Shown: positions 22,383 through 32,000, counted from the first letter of the stretch. The stretch is 32,000 nt of DNA from Xylanibacter ruminicola 23 (GCF_000025925.1 NC_014033.1:270001-302000), one strand, 5' to 3'. Notes: a model not told the origin generated them from the sequence alone. Translations and numbers: made by a program.

Positions 22383-24164
22383 ATGGCAAAAAAGAAGATT
22401 CAATTCAGTCTCGTTTACAGAGACATGTGGCAGAGTTCAGGCAAATTCCAGCCTCGTAAAGACCAGCTGGAACGCATTGCGCCCGCCATTATCGATATGG
22501 GCTGTTTTGCCCGAGTAGAAACCAATGGTGGTGCCTTTGAGCAGGTGAACCTGATGGCAGGTGAGAATCCTAACCTGGCTGTTCGTGCTTTCTGTAAGCC
22601 TTTCAACGAGGTTGGCATTAAGACTCACATGCTGGATCGCGGTCTCAACGCACTCCGTATGTATCCTGTACCCGATGATGTTCGTGCACTGATGTATAAG
22701 GTTAAGCACGCTCAGGGTGTAGATATCACTCGTATCTTCTGTGGATTAAACGATACCCGTAATATCATTCCAAGTATCAAGTGGGCCAAGGAGGGTGGCA
22801 TGACACCTCAGGCTACACTGTGTATCACCACTTCGCCAGTTCACACCGTTGAGTACTATGCTGCTATTGCTGATGAGGTAATCGCTGCTGGTGCCGAGGA
22901 GATCTGTTTGAAGGATATGGCTGGTATCGGTCAGCCTGCTATGCTGGGTGCTCTTACCAAGGCTATCAAGACCAAGCACCCCGATATCATCATTCAGTAC
23001 CACGGTCACTCAGGTCCTGGTTTGTCTATGGCTTCTATCCTCGAGGTTTGTAACAACGGTGCCGATGTAATCGATACTGCTATCGAGCCTCTGTCATGGG
23101 GTAAGGTTCACCCAGATATCATCTCGGTTCGTTCTATGCTGAAGAACGAGGGCTTCGAGGTGGCCGATCTGGATATGAACGCCTATATGCAGGCACGTAC
23201 ACTCACTCAGGAGTTTATCGACGACTGGTTGGGTTGCTTCATCAACCCTGCTAACAAGCACATGTCATCACTGTTGCTTGGTTGCGGTCTGCCTGGTGGT
23301 ATGATGGGATCTATGATGGCCGATCTTGGTCCTATCCAGAAGATGATTAATAAGGAACGCGAGAAGAAGGGTGAGAACGCACTCACTATGGACGATATGC
23401 TGGTTAAGCTGTTCAACGAGGTTGAGTACGTATGGCCAAAGGTAGGTTATCCCCCATTGGTAACACCATTCTCTCAGTACACTAAGAATATCGCTCTGAT
23501 GAACCTCCTCACCATGGAGCAGGGTAAGGGTCGTTACGTGATGATGGACGATGCCATCTGGGGTATGATTCTTGGTAAGAGCGGTAAGGTGCCCGGAACA
23601 ATCGCTCCCGAGCTGGTTGAGCTGGCCGAGAAGAAGGGACTGAAGTTTACCGATGCCGATCCTCACACCCTGCTGGAGAACTCACTCGACACCTTCCGTA
23701 AGGAGATGGACGAGAACGGTTGGGACTACGGACAGGACGACGAGGAGCTGTTCGAGCTGGCTATGCACCCTGAGCAGTACCGTCCATTCAAGAGCGGTCA
23801 GGCTAAGAAGCAGCTGCTGGCTGATATCCAGAAGGCTAAGGATGCCAAGCTGGGTGGTGGTCAGAAGATTTCGCAGGAAGAGATCGACGCTATCAAGCAT
23901 GCTAAGGCCGACGCTGTAAAGGCTCCTCTGGCTGGTCAGCTGTTGTGGGGCTTCGGTGGCGAAGGTGTACTGGCACCATGCGTTGAGCCATTCATCGGTC
24001 AGAAGTACAAGGAGGGCGACACCTTCTGTTATCTGCAGACCAAGTGGGGCGAGATTGTATCAATCCCTGCCGCTATGGGTGGTAAGCTGGTTGATATCAG
24101 CGTTAAGCCTGGTCAGAACATTCGTCAGGGCGACACCATCGCCTGGATTGAGCGCGAAGCTTAA
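22383..24164 (+). CDS. Divergent OadA / pyruvate carboxylase subunit B-like carboxyltransferase with C-terminal biotinyl/lipoyl-like domain
   Basis: 593 aa with CT-domain hallmarks LKDMAGIG and YHGHSGPG, but YRDMWQS where canonical enzymes have RD(A/G)HQS. The C-terminal hybrid barrel has LQTKWGE where AMKM is expected. Confidence 0.8.
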   Translation: MAKKKIQFSLVYRDMWQSSGKFQPRKDQLERIAPAIIDMGCFARVETNGGAFEQVNLMAGENPNLAVRAFCKPFNEVGIKTHMLDRGLNALRMYPVPDDVRALMYKVKHAQGVDITRIFCGLNDTRNIIPSIKWAKEGGMTPQATLCITTSPVHTVEYYAAIADEVIAAGAEEICLKDMAGIGQPAMLGALTKAIKTKHPDIIIQYHGHSGPGLSMASILEVCNNGADVIDTAIEPLSWGKVHPDIISVRSMLKNEGFEVADLDMNAYMQARTLTQEFIDDWLGCFINPANKHMSSLLLGCGLPGGMMGSMMADLGPIQKMINKEREKKGENALTMDDMLVKLFNEVEYVWPKVGYPPLVTPFSQYTKNIALMNLLTMEQGKGRYVMMDDAIWGMILGKSGKVPGTIAPELVELAEKKGLKFTDADPHTLLENSLDTFRKEMDENGWDYGQDDEELFELAMHPEQYRPFKSGQAKKQLLADIQKAKDAKLGGGQKISQEEIDAIKHAKADAVKAPLAGQLLWGFGGEGVLAPCVEPFIGQKYKEGDTFCYLQTKWGEIVSIPAAMGGKLVDISVKPGQNIRQGDTIAWIEREA

Positions 24165-24178
24165 ACTTTAAGATATTA

Positions 24179-24309
24179 GGCACGGATATGTTTTAGGCAC
24201 GGATTTACACGGCTTTAATTTTATTAAAGACACGGCTGTAGTGAAAAAGCAGTGTTTCTTATAAAAGAGCCGCGTTAATCCGTGCCAATTTATTATTTCC
24301 ATCCGTGCC
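24179..24309 (-). repeat. Nested-palindrome element (copy R7, core 24196-24286 inverted relative to R2-R6) with extra outer GGCACGGAT / ATCCGTGCC words
   Basis: The plus-strand reading matches the reverse complement of copy 6913-7003 block by block (GGCACGGATTTACACGGCTTT..AAAGACACGGCT..AAAAAGCAGTGTTTCT..AAAAGAGCCGCGTTAATCCGTGCC). Confidence 0.9.
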
Positions 24310-24323
24310 AAATTTTTTTTTCT

Positions 24324-24863
24324 ATGGATTACGAAAAGATTATTGATAAATATTATCCTGAGGATAATGAGCTTAAGCGTTTGCTGATGCATCATTCTCG
24401 TCAGGTGGCGGATAGATGCTTGAAGATTGCCAAGCAGCACCCCGAACTACGTCTGGATACCGAGTTTTTGGAAGAGGCAGCCATGCTGCACGATATCGGC
24501 ATTTTTCGTTGTAATGCCCCCAGTATCCAGTGTGTAGGCACCGAACCTTACATCTGTCATGGTTATTTAGGTGGCGAGATACTGCGCAACGAGGGCTTTT
24601 TGCGCCACGCGCTGGTATGCGAACGTCATACCGGTACCGGTCTTACCCGTACACAGATTGAGCGCCAGCAACTGCCATTGCCTCTCGACCGTAGTTACGA
24701 GCCTGAGACACTCGAAGAGCAGGTGGTGTGCTATGCCGATAAGTTCTATTCAAAGTCGCATGTAGCCCACGAGCGTTCGGTAGTAGAAACAGCACAGAGT
24801 TTGGAGAAATTCGGTGCCGAAGGCGTGCAGAAGTTCCTGAAATGGGTGGATATGTTCGAATAA
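24324..24863 (+). CDS. HD-domain phosphohydrolase
   Basis: MHHSRQVA...AAMLHDIG...CERHTGTG. Start set at the ATG at 24324 (MDYEKIIDKYYP). The ORF-track start at 24282 lies inside the repeat. Confidence 0.8.
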   Translation: MDYEKIIDKYYPEDNELKRLLMHHSRQVADRCLKIAKQHPELRLDTEFLEEAAMLHDIGIFRCNAPSIQCVGTEPYICHGYLGGEILRNEGFLRHALVCERHTGTGLTRTQIERQQLPLPLDRSYEPETLEEQVVCYADKFYSKSHVAHERSVVETAQSLEKFGAEGVQKFLKWVDMFE

Positions 24864-24920
24864 AGTAAAATTTTTGTGATAATCTCTGTTAATCTATGGC
24901 GAAAATCGCAGAATTATTTG

Positions 24921-24928
24921 TAATTTTG
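24921..24928 (+). promoter_or_regulatory. -7 box candidate for the LptD-like gene
   Basis: TAATTTTGCACCCGTG, with the box only 5 nt from the GTG start that precedes a clear signal peptide. Confidence 0.4.
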
Positions 24929-24933
24929 CACCC

Positions 24934-27798
24934 GTGAAAAGAAAATCGGTATTGATTGTGTTCGCTTTCGTTATCCTTTTGGTGATGGCGGAAGTGCCCA
25001 TGAAGATGGTTTCCAGAGTTCAGCAAGGCTCTGGTAACAATGATAGTATTCCCACAGATAGCATCGTAAAGGATACCATCAAAGCAGCCTTCGACACCAT
25101 TAAGGCTACCATCGATACCACTCAGATGGACTCTATTCAGCTCGCCATATATCGTCACAACAAAGCTATCGACGATTCGTTGGCGCAGGATAGTATCAAT
25201 AAGCGCCGCAAAAATGGTATCGATTCACCAGTAGAGTATTCGGCTGAGGACTCGCTTACATACGAGGCAGCTTCGGGTTTGGCACATCTGTATGGCGACT
25301 CGAAGGTGAAGTATCAGAATATGGACCTGCAGAGCGACAAGATTTATATGAGTCTTGACAGCAGTTTGGTACATGCCACAGGTAGTTTCGATTCTACAGC
25401 CAACGGACTCAAAGGTACCCCCGTTTTCAAGATGGGTAACGATGAGTACCAGAGCGATACCATGGCCTTTAATTTCAAGACCAAGAAAGGTTTGATTTCG
25501 AGCGTATATACGCAGCAGGAAGAAGGCTTCCTTACCAGCGAACTGTCGAAGCGCGGTGCTGATGGCGAGATGTTCCTGCAGCACGGTCGTTATACCACTT
25601 GCGACGATCCGCATCCCGATTTCTACCTCGCCATGTCGCGTGCCAAGGTGCGCCCTGGTAAGGATGTGGTGTTCGGTCCTACCTATCTGGTTGTGGCCGA
25701 TGTGCCTCTGCCATTGGCTATCCCTTACGGATTCTTCCCCTTCACCAAGAGCTACTCAAGCGGACTCATCATGCCTACCTATGGTGATGAGACCGAGCGT
25801 GGTTTCTATCTGCGCGATGGTGGTTACTACTTTGCCATCAACGATAAGATGGACCTGAAGCTGATAGGTGAAATCTATACCAAGGGCTCGTGGGGCCTCT
25901 CGGCAGCCTCTAACTATCGCAAGCGTTATCGCTACAGCGGTTCGTTCATGGCCAGCTATCAGAACACCATCAACGGCGAGAAGAATATGCCCGACTACAC
26001 CAAGCAAACCAGTTTTAAGGTAGTGTGGAGCCATCGCCAGGATGCTAAGGCCAACCCTTACTCGCAGCTCTCGGCAAACGTAAACTTTGCCACTAGCAGT
26101 TACGAGCGCAATAACCTTACCTCGATGTACAATCCGCAAACGCTCACACAGTCAACACGTACCTCATCAGTATCGTGGAGCACCACATTCTCGAGTATCG
26201 GTATGACATTGAGCTCAACCACCAACTTAAACCAGAACATGCGTGATAGTACTATCTCGCTCACACTGCCCGATCTGAATATCTCAATCGCCCGTTTCTA
26301 TCCCTTCAAGCGCAAAAAGAGGGCAGGCAATGAGCGCTGGTACGAGAAAATCTCGATGCAGTACACGGGTCAGATCAAGAACGAGATAACCACTAAAGAG
26401 GATAAACTGCTGCACTCGTCGCTCTCAAAGGACTGGAAGAACGGCATGCAGCACAATATACCTATCAGCGGTAACTTTACCCTGTTCGGCTATCTCAACC
26501 TCAACCCTTCGTTCAACTTTACCGACCGTACCTATTTCAGTAAGGTACACAAGGGCTGGGATGCCGCTGCTCAGCGCGAGGTAGTAGATACCCTGAGTGG
26601 TTTCTATAACGTTTACAACTGGAACTTCAGTGTTGGCGCCTCTACCAAGCTTTACGGTATGTGGGTGCCCAACCGTAAGATATTCGGCGATAAGATTAAT
26701 GCTATCCGCCACGTGGTTACCCCAACCGTTAGCTTCAGCTATGCACCTGACTTCAGTGCATCGCGCTATGGCTATTACGACTACTATCAGAAAACCGATG
26801 CCGATGGTAAGGTAACCATGGTTGAGTACTCACCCTATCAGATTGGTACCTATGGTGTGCCTGGCAAGGGTAAAACCGGTAGCCTCTCGATGGACCTTTC
26901 GCAGAACCTCGAAATGAAGGTTAAGAGCGACGACGACTCTACAGGCTTTAAGAAGATTTCGCTCATCGACGAGTTCCGCATGTCGATGTCGTATAACTTT
27001 GCTGCCGATATCCGTCCTTGGAGCGACCTGTCAACCAGTTTGCGACTCAAACTCTCTAAGAACTATACCCTGAACCTCAACGCTGTGTTCGCATCGTATG
27101 TTTACGAGGCCGATAGCGTGGGTGCCGTACCACGTGTATCTGAACACAAGACTTATTGGGGTATGGGTAAACTCGGACGATTCCAGGGTATCTCGCAGAA
27201 CCTTTCTTATACCCTCAGCAACGAGAAGATTGCCAACTTCTTTAAGCGCTTACGTGGCGAGAAAGTGGATAAGAAAGAACGTAAGAACGACGATAACGAC
27301 GATGACGAGTGGGACGACACCCTCGAGTCGAACGTAGATAAGGATATGGAGAAAGCCAAGCATGGGGCTAATCGTAAAGGTAGCGGTTCGAAAGCCGAGA
27401 CCGACGAGGATGGCTATATGGCCTTCCAGATGCCTTGGAGCCTGAGTATCGGTTATGGTGTTACCATGCGTGAGGACCAGACCCTCTCAAAGTTCAACTA
27501 CAACACCATGCGCTATCCTTATAAGTTTAGTCAGAACCTCAATATAAGTGGTAACCTGCGCATCAGCGACGGATGGAACATCTCGTTCTCATCTGGTTAC
27601 GATTTCGATAATAAGAAGATATCTATGACAACGGCCTCACTTAATCGCGACCTCCATTGCTTCAATATGTCGTGCTCGGTAGTGTTGGCACCATACACTA
27701 GTTATAACTTCTCATTCCGCTGTAACGCGTCAACGCTTACCGATGCGCTTAAGTACGACAAGCGCTCAAGTTATTCAAACGCTGTGCAGTGGTACTAA
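24934..27798 (+). CDS. Large outer-membrane beta-barrel protein, LptD-like (putative LPS assembly)
   Basis: 954 aa with a signal peptide (MKRKSVLIVFAFVILLVMA, GTG start) and long beta-rich, aromatic-terminated segments. It has an acidic insert (KNDDNDDDEWDD) and C-terminus ...NAVQWY. Confidence 0.7.
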   Translation: MKRKSVLIVFAFVILLVMAEVPMKMVSRVQQGSGNNDSIPTDSIVKDTIKAAFDTIKATIDTTQMDSIQLAIYRHNKAIDDSLAQDSINKRRKNGIDSPVEYSAEDSLTYEAASGLAHLYGDSKVKYQNMDLQSDKIYMSLDSSLVHATGSFDSTANGLKGTPVFKMGNDEYQSDTMAFNFKTKKGLISSVYTQQEEGFLTSELSKRGADGEMFLQHGRYTTCDDPHPDFYLAMSRAKVRPGKDVVFGPTYLVVADVPLPLAIPYGFFPFTKSYSSGLIMPTYGDETERGFYLRDGGYYFAINDKMDLKLIGEIYTKGSWGLSAASNYRKRYRYSGSFMASYQNTINGEKNMPDYTKQTSFKVVWSHRQDAKANPYSQLSANVNFATSSYERNNLTSMYNPQTLTQSTRTSSVSWSTTFSSIGMTLSSTTNLNQNMRDSTISLTLPDLNISIARFYPFKRKKRAGNERWYEKISMQYTGQIKNEITTKEDKLLHSSLSKDWKNGMQHNIPISGNFTLFGYLNLNPSFNFTDRTYFSKVHKGWDAAAQREVVDTLSGFYNVYNWNFSVGASTKLYGMWVPNRKIFGDKINAIRHVVTPTVSFSYAPDFSASRYGYYDYYQKTDADGKVTMVEYSPYQIGTYGVPGKGKTGSLSMDLSQNLEMKVKSDDDSTGFKKISLIDEFRMSMSYNFAADIRPWSDLSTSLRLKLSKNYTLNLNAVFASYVYEADSVGAVPRVSEHKTYWGMGKLGRFQGISQNLSYTLSNEKIANFFKRLRGEKVDKKERKNDDNDDDEWDDTLESNVDKDMEKAKHGANRKGSGSKAETDEDGYMAFQMPWSLSIGYGVTMREDQTLSKFNYNTMRYPYKFSQNLNISGNLRISDGWNISFSSGYDFDNKKISMTTASLNRDLHCFNMSCSVVLAPYTSYNFSFRCNASTLTDALKYDKRSSYSNAVQWY

Positions 27799-27810
27799 AC
27801 TTAGTACGCT

Positions 27811-30075
27811 ATGGCAGAATTACCCCCAATGATAGCCGACCTGGCACTCATCCTGATGGTGGCAGGTGTGGTTACGCTCATATTTAAACGCTTAAAGCAG
27901 CCCCTTGTGCTGGGCTACATCGTGGCAGGTTTCCTGGTTAGTCCTAACATGACCTATACGCCATCGGCTGTTGATATGGCCAACGTACACCTGTGGGCCG
28001 ATATCGGTGTGATGTTCCTGCTGTTCTCGTTGGGATTGGATTTCTCGTTCAAGAAGATTCTTAAGATGGGCGCCTCGCCCGTCATATCCGCTATCACCAT
28101 TATCTTCTGTATGATGATGCTCGGTATCGTGGTGGGCCATGTGTTCGGTTGGGGTAAGATGGACTGCATCTTCCTTGGAGGTATGCTCGCCATGTCGAGT
28201 ACCACCATTATCTATAAAGCTTTCGACGATCTCGGATTGCGCCAGCAGCAGTTTGCCGGCATGGTTATGAGTGTGCTTATACTCGAGGATATCCTGGCTA
28301 TTGTCATGATGGTGATGCTGAGTGCCCTGGCCAGCGGTTCTGATATGGGTGGCGGACAGCTTTTGCAGTCGGTCATGCGTATCGGTTTCTTCCTGATACT
28401 ATGGCTGGTGGTGGGTATCTTTGCCATCCCGCTGTTTTTGCGCCGCGTGCGCCGACTCATCAATAACGAGGTGCTGCTCATCGTAGCCTTAGGCTTGTGT
28501 TGTGCCATGGCGGTGTTCTCAACCAAGGTAGGCTTCAGCTCAGCTTTCGGTGCCTTTATCATGGGTAGCATCCTGGCCGAGACCATCGAGGCCGAGCGTA
28601 TCGAGAAACTCGTCGAGCCTGTTAAGAACCTCTTCGGTGCCGTGTTCTTCGTGTCGGTAGGTATGCTGGTCGATCCAAAGATTCTGGTCGAATATGCCAT
28701 ACCTATTCTCTGCCTGGTACTCACCATTATTGTAGGGCAGAGCGTGTTCGGCACCATCTCGTTTATGTTAGGCGGCCAGTCGCTCAAGTCGGCCATGCGT
28801 TGCGGCTTCTCGATGGCGCAGATTGGTGAGTTCTCGTTCATCATCGCCTCGTTAGGTTTGTCGCTGGGCGTTATTGGCGATTTCCTTTACCCCGTGGTGG
28901 TAGCCGTATCTGTCATCACTACCTTCTTAACCCCTTATATGATTCGTCTGGCCACGCCAGCCTATAATAACCTTGAGAAGCGTTTGCCTGGTAAGCTTAT
29001 CAAGTCGCTTAACCAGTTGGCCATGGGCAATACGCATAGTCAGGAGGAGAGCAAGTGGAAACGCCTGCTCACGCAGATGACCATCAACACCATTGTTTAC
29101 TCCATCCTTTCGTCGGCATCCATTGCCATGATGTTTGCCTTTGTGCTGCCCGTAACCCGCAAAATGCTGCCCGGCTGGGAGCTCCATTGGTATGCCAACG
29201 CCATCACCGGTGTGCTCACCGTGGCACTCATCGCACCATTCCTGCGTGCCATGGTCATGAAGAAGAATCACAGCGAGGAGTGGAAAGCCCTGTGGGCCGA
29301 GAGCAATCGCAACCGTTTGCCATTGTTGTTCACCATCCTGGTGCGTTTCCTCATTGCAGTCAGCTTTATCTTCTACATCTGCAATTTCCTCAGCCGATTC
29401 ACCAATGCCTTGATGATTACCATCGGTTTCGTAGTCATCGTGCTCATCATCCTCTCACGCCGTACCAAGCACCGTAGCATTACACTCGAGCGCCTGTTTA
29501 TCCAGAACCTGCGTTCGCGCGATATCGAGGCCCAGGTGCATGGCAAGAAACGTCCGCTCTACGAGGGCAAGCTGCTCGATCGCGATATCCATATTGCCGA
29601 TTTCACGGTGCCGTTCAACTCCACTTGGATGGGACAGTCATTGTCTCAGCTCAAGCTGGGTACCAAGTATGGTGTGCATGTTAGTAGTATTCTGCGTGGA
29701 GGCCGTCGTATAAACATCCCCGATGGTTATAACATCCTGTTCCCAGGCGATGTACTTCAGGTCATCGGTAGCGACCAGCAGTTCACCGCTTTCCGCGATG
29801 CCATCGAGAACGAGGTGCTGGGTATCGATGTAGATGTAGAGATGCGCGAGATGAAGTTGCGCCAACTCATTATCGGTACCGACAGTCCGTTTGTGGGTCA
29901 GACCCTCATCGAGAGTCGTATCCGCGATCGCTTTAGCTGTATGGTGGTAGGATTAGAAGAGGGAAAGGAAAGTCTCTCCCCCTATAGTCCAAATCGTAAG
30001 TTCCGTGCAGGTGATATCATCTGGGTGGTAGGCGAGCAAGACTCGCTCGACGCCCTCTTTAATATTAAGGATTAA
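27811..30075 (+). CDS. Cation:proton antiporter (CPA2/Kef-like) with two C-terminal RCK_C (TrkA-C) domains
   Basis: 754 aa: about 12 TM helices, then two segments similar to each other (GQSLSQLKL...GDVLQVIG and GQTLIESRIRD...GDIIWVVG). Confidence 0.85.
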   Translation: MAELPPMIADLALILMVAGVVTLIFKRLKQPLVLGYIVAGFLVSPNMTYTPSAVDMANVHLWADIGVMFLLFSLGLDFSFKKILKMGASPVISAITIIFCMMMLGIVVGHVFGWGKMDCIFLGGMLAMSSTTIIYKAFDDLGLRQQQFAGMVMSVLILEDILAIVMMVMLSALASGSDMGGGQLLQSVMRIGFFLILWLVVGIFAIPLFLRRVRRLINNEVLLIVALGLCCAMAVFSTKVGFSSAFGAFIMGSILAETIEAERIEKLVEPVKNLFGAVFFVSVGMLVDPKILVEYAIPILCLVLTIIVGQSVFGTISFMLGGQSLKSAMRCGFSMAQIGEFSFIIASLGLSLGVIGDFLYPVVVAVSVITTFLTPYMIRLATPAYNNLEKRLPGKLIKSLNQLAMGNTHSQEESKWKRLLTQMTINTIVYSILSSASIAMMFAFVLPVTRKMLPGWELHWYANAITGVLTVALIAPFLRAMVMKKNHSEEWKALWAESNRNRLPLLFTILVRFLIAVSFIFYICNFLSRFTNALMITIGFVVIVLIILSRRTKHRSITLERLFIQNLRSRDIEAQVHGKKRPLYEGKLLDRDIHIADFTVPFNSTWMGQSLSQLKLGTKYGVHVSSILRGGRRINIPDGYNILFPGDVLQVIGSDQQFTAFRDAIENEVLGIDVDVEMREMKLRQLIIGTDSPFVGQTLIESRIRDRFSCMVVGLEEGKESLSPYSPNRKFRAGDIIWVVGEQDSLDALFNIKD

Positions 30076-30080
30076 ACATC

Positions 30081-30129
30081 AATCTTTAATGTTTAATGTT
30101 TAATGTTTAATGTTTAATGTTTAAAGATT
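30081..30129. repeat. Heptamer microsatellite (AATGTTT)x5 inside an AATCTTTAA/TTAAAGATT palindrome
   Basis: AATCTTT (AATGTTT)x5 AAAGATT, with perfect units at 30088-30122. It lies between convergent genes and overlaps the pepT stop codon (30121-30123) and its last codons. Confidence 0.95.
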
Positions 30130-31344
30130 AAAGCCGGCAGTGAGTTCGCAGATTTTAATGATCACCTCTTTTGCTTTTTCCATTGATTGGATACTTACAA
30201 ACTCGTAAGGTCCATGAAAGTTCACGCCGCCCGCAAAAATGTTAGGGCAGGGCAATCCTTTAAAACTCAGCTGTGCACCATCCGTACCACCACGGATAGG
30301 CTTTACTTTCGGAGCCACACCGCAGTCCTGCATGGCGCGCAGCACCAGGTCTATCACGTGCATCTGCGGGTCAATCTTCTCCTTCATATTGTAGTACTGG
30401 TCCTTTGTTTCAAGTGTTACAGTACCCTCACCATATTTCTCGTTCATTGCAGCCACCACGCTGGCCAGTGTGCGCTTGCGCTCCTCAAAACGGTCGCGGT
30501 CGTGGTCGCGTATAATGTAGTGCATGCTCGCCTTCTCAACACTTCCCTGTACACCCAGCAGGTGATAGAATCCCTGATAACCCTCGGTAGTCTCGGGGCG
30601 CTCATCGGCAGGCAGCATCGCAGCCAGTTCCATCGCCAGCAGGTTGGCATTCACCATCTTGTCCTTGGCATAGCCAGGATGCACGCTTACACCTTTTATA
30701 TATATCTTGGCGCTGGCAGCATTAAAGTTCTCAAACTCCAGTTCGCCCACATCGCCGCCATCCATGGTGTAGCCCCATTCGCAACCGAATTTCTCTACAT
30801 CAAAGTGGTGCGCGCCCATACCAATCTCCTCGTCAGGGTTAAAGGCCACGCGAATATCGCCGTGCTTTATCTCCTTGTGGTCGCGCAGGTAGCACATCGC
30901 CTCTACTATCTCGGCTATGCCTGCCTTGTCGTCGGCACCCAGCAGTGTGGTACCATCCGTCACAATCAGGTCCTCGCCTGTGTGCTGCAGCAGCTCGGGG
31001 AATTTGGTGGGACTCATCATAATACCCTCCGAAAGCAGAATATCGCTGCCGTCGTAGTTGCGTACAATGTGTGGCTTGATGTCAGCACCCGAGCAGTCGG
31101 GGCTGGTATCGTAGTGCGAAATAAATCCGATGGTAGGAATCTCATCTTTCGTGTTGGCCTTCAGTGTAGCGTAGATGTAACCCTTCTCGTCCATCTCCAC
31201 ATCACTCAGTCCCTCATGTTCCAGTTCTTTCTTCAAGTACTCGGCAAACACCAGTTGTTTCGCCGTACTCGGTACGGTGTCACTATCCTCAGCCGACTGT
31301 GTGTCAAACTGGGTATAGTTTATAAATCTTTCTGTAATGTCCAT
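30121..31344 (-). CDS. pepT: Peptidase T (tripeptide aminopeptidase, M20B)
   Basis: [17 protein letters not shown]..., [29 protein letters not shown]. Start trimmed to the ATG at 31344, 9 nt after a TATCTTTG box. The ORF-track start at 31434 overlaps the upstream gene. Confidence 0.95.
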   Translation of the reverse strand: MDITERFINYTQFDTQSAEDSDTVPSTAKQLVFAEYLKKELEHEGLSDVEMDEKGYIYATLKANTKDEIPTIGFISHYDTSPDCSGADIKPHIVRNYDGSDILLSEGIMMSPTKFPELLQHTGEDLIVTDGTTLLGADDKAGIAEIVEAMCYLRDHKEIKHGDIRVAFNPDEEIGMGAHHFDVEKFGCEWGYTMDGGDVGELEFENFNAASAKIYIKGVSVHPGYAKDKMVNANLLAMELAAMLPADERPETTEGYQGFYHLLGVQGSVEKASMHYIIRDHDRDRFEERKRTLASVVAAMNEKYGEGTVTLETKDQYYNMKEKIDPQMHVIDLVLRAMQDCGVAPKVKPIRGGTDGAQLSFKGLPCPNIFAGGVNFHGPYEFVSIQSMEKAKEVIIKICELTAGFNL

Positions 31345-31353
31345 AATTGCCTG

Positions 31354-31385
31354 CAAAGATAGTGCAAATTGAGTGAAATACCAAA
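31354..31385 (-). promoter_or_regulatory. Promoter candidate for pepT
   Basis: The minus strand reads TTTG (31385-31382), 20-nt spacer, TATCTTTG (31361-31354), then CAGGCAATT-ATG. Confidence 0.5.
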
Positions 31386-31426
31386 GAAAAACGTTTTTTT
31401 CTTTGTATTTGCGAGATACAACCCAT

Positions 31427-32000
31427 TTATGCATTTAATCCGAAGCATCGACGAATCCACCGGTACGGTATACGCTCAATCACCCTACTCATCAGTATGG
31501 GTAGGTACAATCCAGCTAGAATGTTCAGCACATAGAATACATATACATACCCGCTGGGACATCCCAGCCTTCGCCATAATATCAACTCCACAAACGCCTG
31601 AAATGCAATACCGAACAGATATATAGGGAACACATAATTGCGTATCGACGACAATGCCTGCGGTATTCTGTCTGCTATGATCATGCTGGTGCTAATCATA
31701 GCCATCACACCCACCACACTCATCAGCAGCCACCATGGTTCGCCGTGCGGTGTCAACATATACATCGTGCAGTATGCAGCCCAGCAGGTGCACATAGCCA
31801 AAGCAGACCGCAGATATCGAAACAGCCTGTACTTGTATGTAATGATGCCCAGAAGAAAAAAAGGCAAGTGCTTGTTAAGCGTAAATGCATAGCACCAGTT
31901 GGTGTCTACCCAATCGGTAAAATCTACCAGATAAACTGCGATGGTCGCTGCAACTGCCATTACCTCAGCCTTCACTCCCCTATCAGATATATACCGATAG
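31427..32000 (-). CDS. Acyltransferase-3-like integral membrane protein, C-terminal part (5' end outside window)
   Basis: Very hydrophobic multi-TM ORF. The frame stays open through base 32000 (no in-frame stop upstream of the ORF-track GTG at 31975). Family assignment is tentative. Confidence 0.55.
   Translation of the reverse strand, partial: YRYISDRGVKAEVMAVAATIAVYLVDFTDWVDTNWCYAFTLNKHLPFFLLGIITYKYRLFRYLRSALAMCTCWAAYCTMYMLTPHGEPWWLLMSVVGVMAMISTSMIIADRIPQALSSIRNYVFPIYLFGIAFQAFVELILWRRLGCPSGYVYVFYVLNILAGLYLPILMSRVIERIPYRWIRRCFGLNA

Noticed and set aside
21740-22459. ORF-track ORFs of 60-106 aa within the queF/OadA-like gap (21740-22048, 21793-22098, 21814-22020, 22017-22211, 22139-22459, 22195-22389)
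   Set aside because: They overlap each other in several frames, are Ser/Leu/Phe-rich and low-complexity. Opposite-strand ORFs encode mirrored peptides (ENSLRSNS versus KNSLRSNS) simply because they read the two arms of the inverted repeat.
1-32000. tRNA, rRNA, tmRNA, RNase P RNA, transposase, integrase, toxin-antitoxin or defence-system genes
   Set aside because: Nothing recognisable by eye in any intergenic region or ORF. I could not run tRNAscan-SE or Infernal, so small RNAs cannot be excluded, particularly in 21683-22382.

Overview
Chromosomal, mostly housekeeping window. It looks like Bacteroidota, probably Prevotella/Segatella-like. That placement is an inference from TAnnTTTG -7 boxes, absent Shine-Dalgarno sites, A-rich pre-start regions, a long NusB, the nusB-yajC-ybbR-coaE string and an LptD-like outer membrane protein. 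I call 31 CDS. Two run off the window edges, and the first (1-1700, minus strand) is missing from the supplied ORF track. Several ORF-track starts were trimmed because they run into intergenic repeats. By eye I found no rRNA, tRNA, CRISPR array, transposase or integrase. The unusual content is non-coding. (1) A dense family of about 91-nt nested-palindrome elements (GGCACGGATTAACACGGCT...AGCCGTGTTAATCCGTGCC) fills at least 7 intergenic gaps. It always has the same orientation relative to transcription and ends 13-19 nt before the next start codon. (2) One copy is split exactly at its centre by an AT-rich GxxExxY / PD-(D/E)XK-type nuclease gene. This resembles a REPtron-like arrangement of an autonomous unit plus MITE-like empty copies, and it is my top candidate for an undescribed system. 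(3) A double-hairpin core module recurs with different flanking tandem words (CACGGATT versus AATGTTT). (4) A foldback structure of about 530 bp lies between queF and a divergent OadA-like gene. (5) A strong preQ1-I riboswitch candidate sits directly in front of yhhQ-queF. Two unusual fusion enzymes and a set of promoter boxes implying leaderless mRNAs are also noted. All coordinates and counts come from reading the sequence by hand; no database search was possible.
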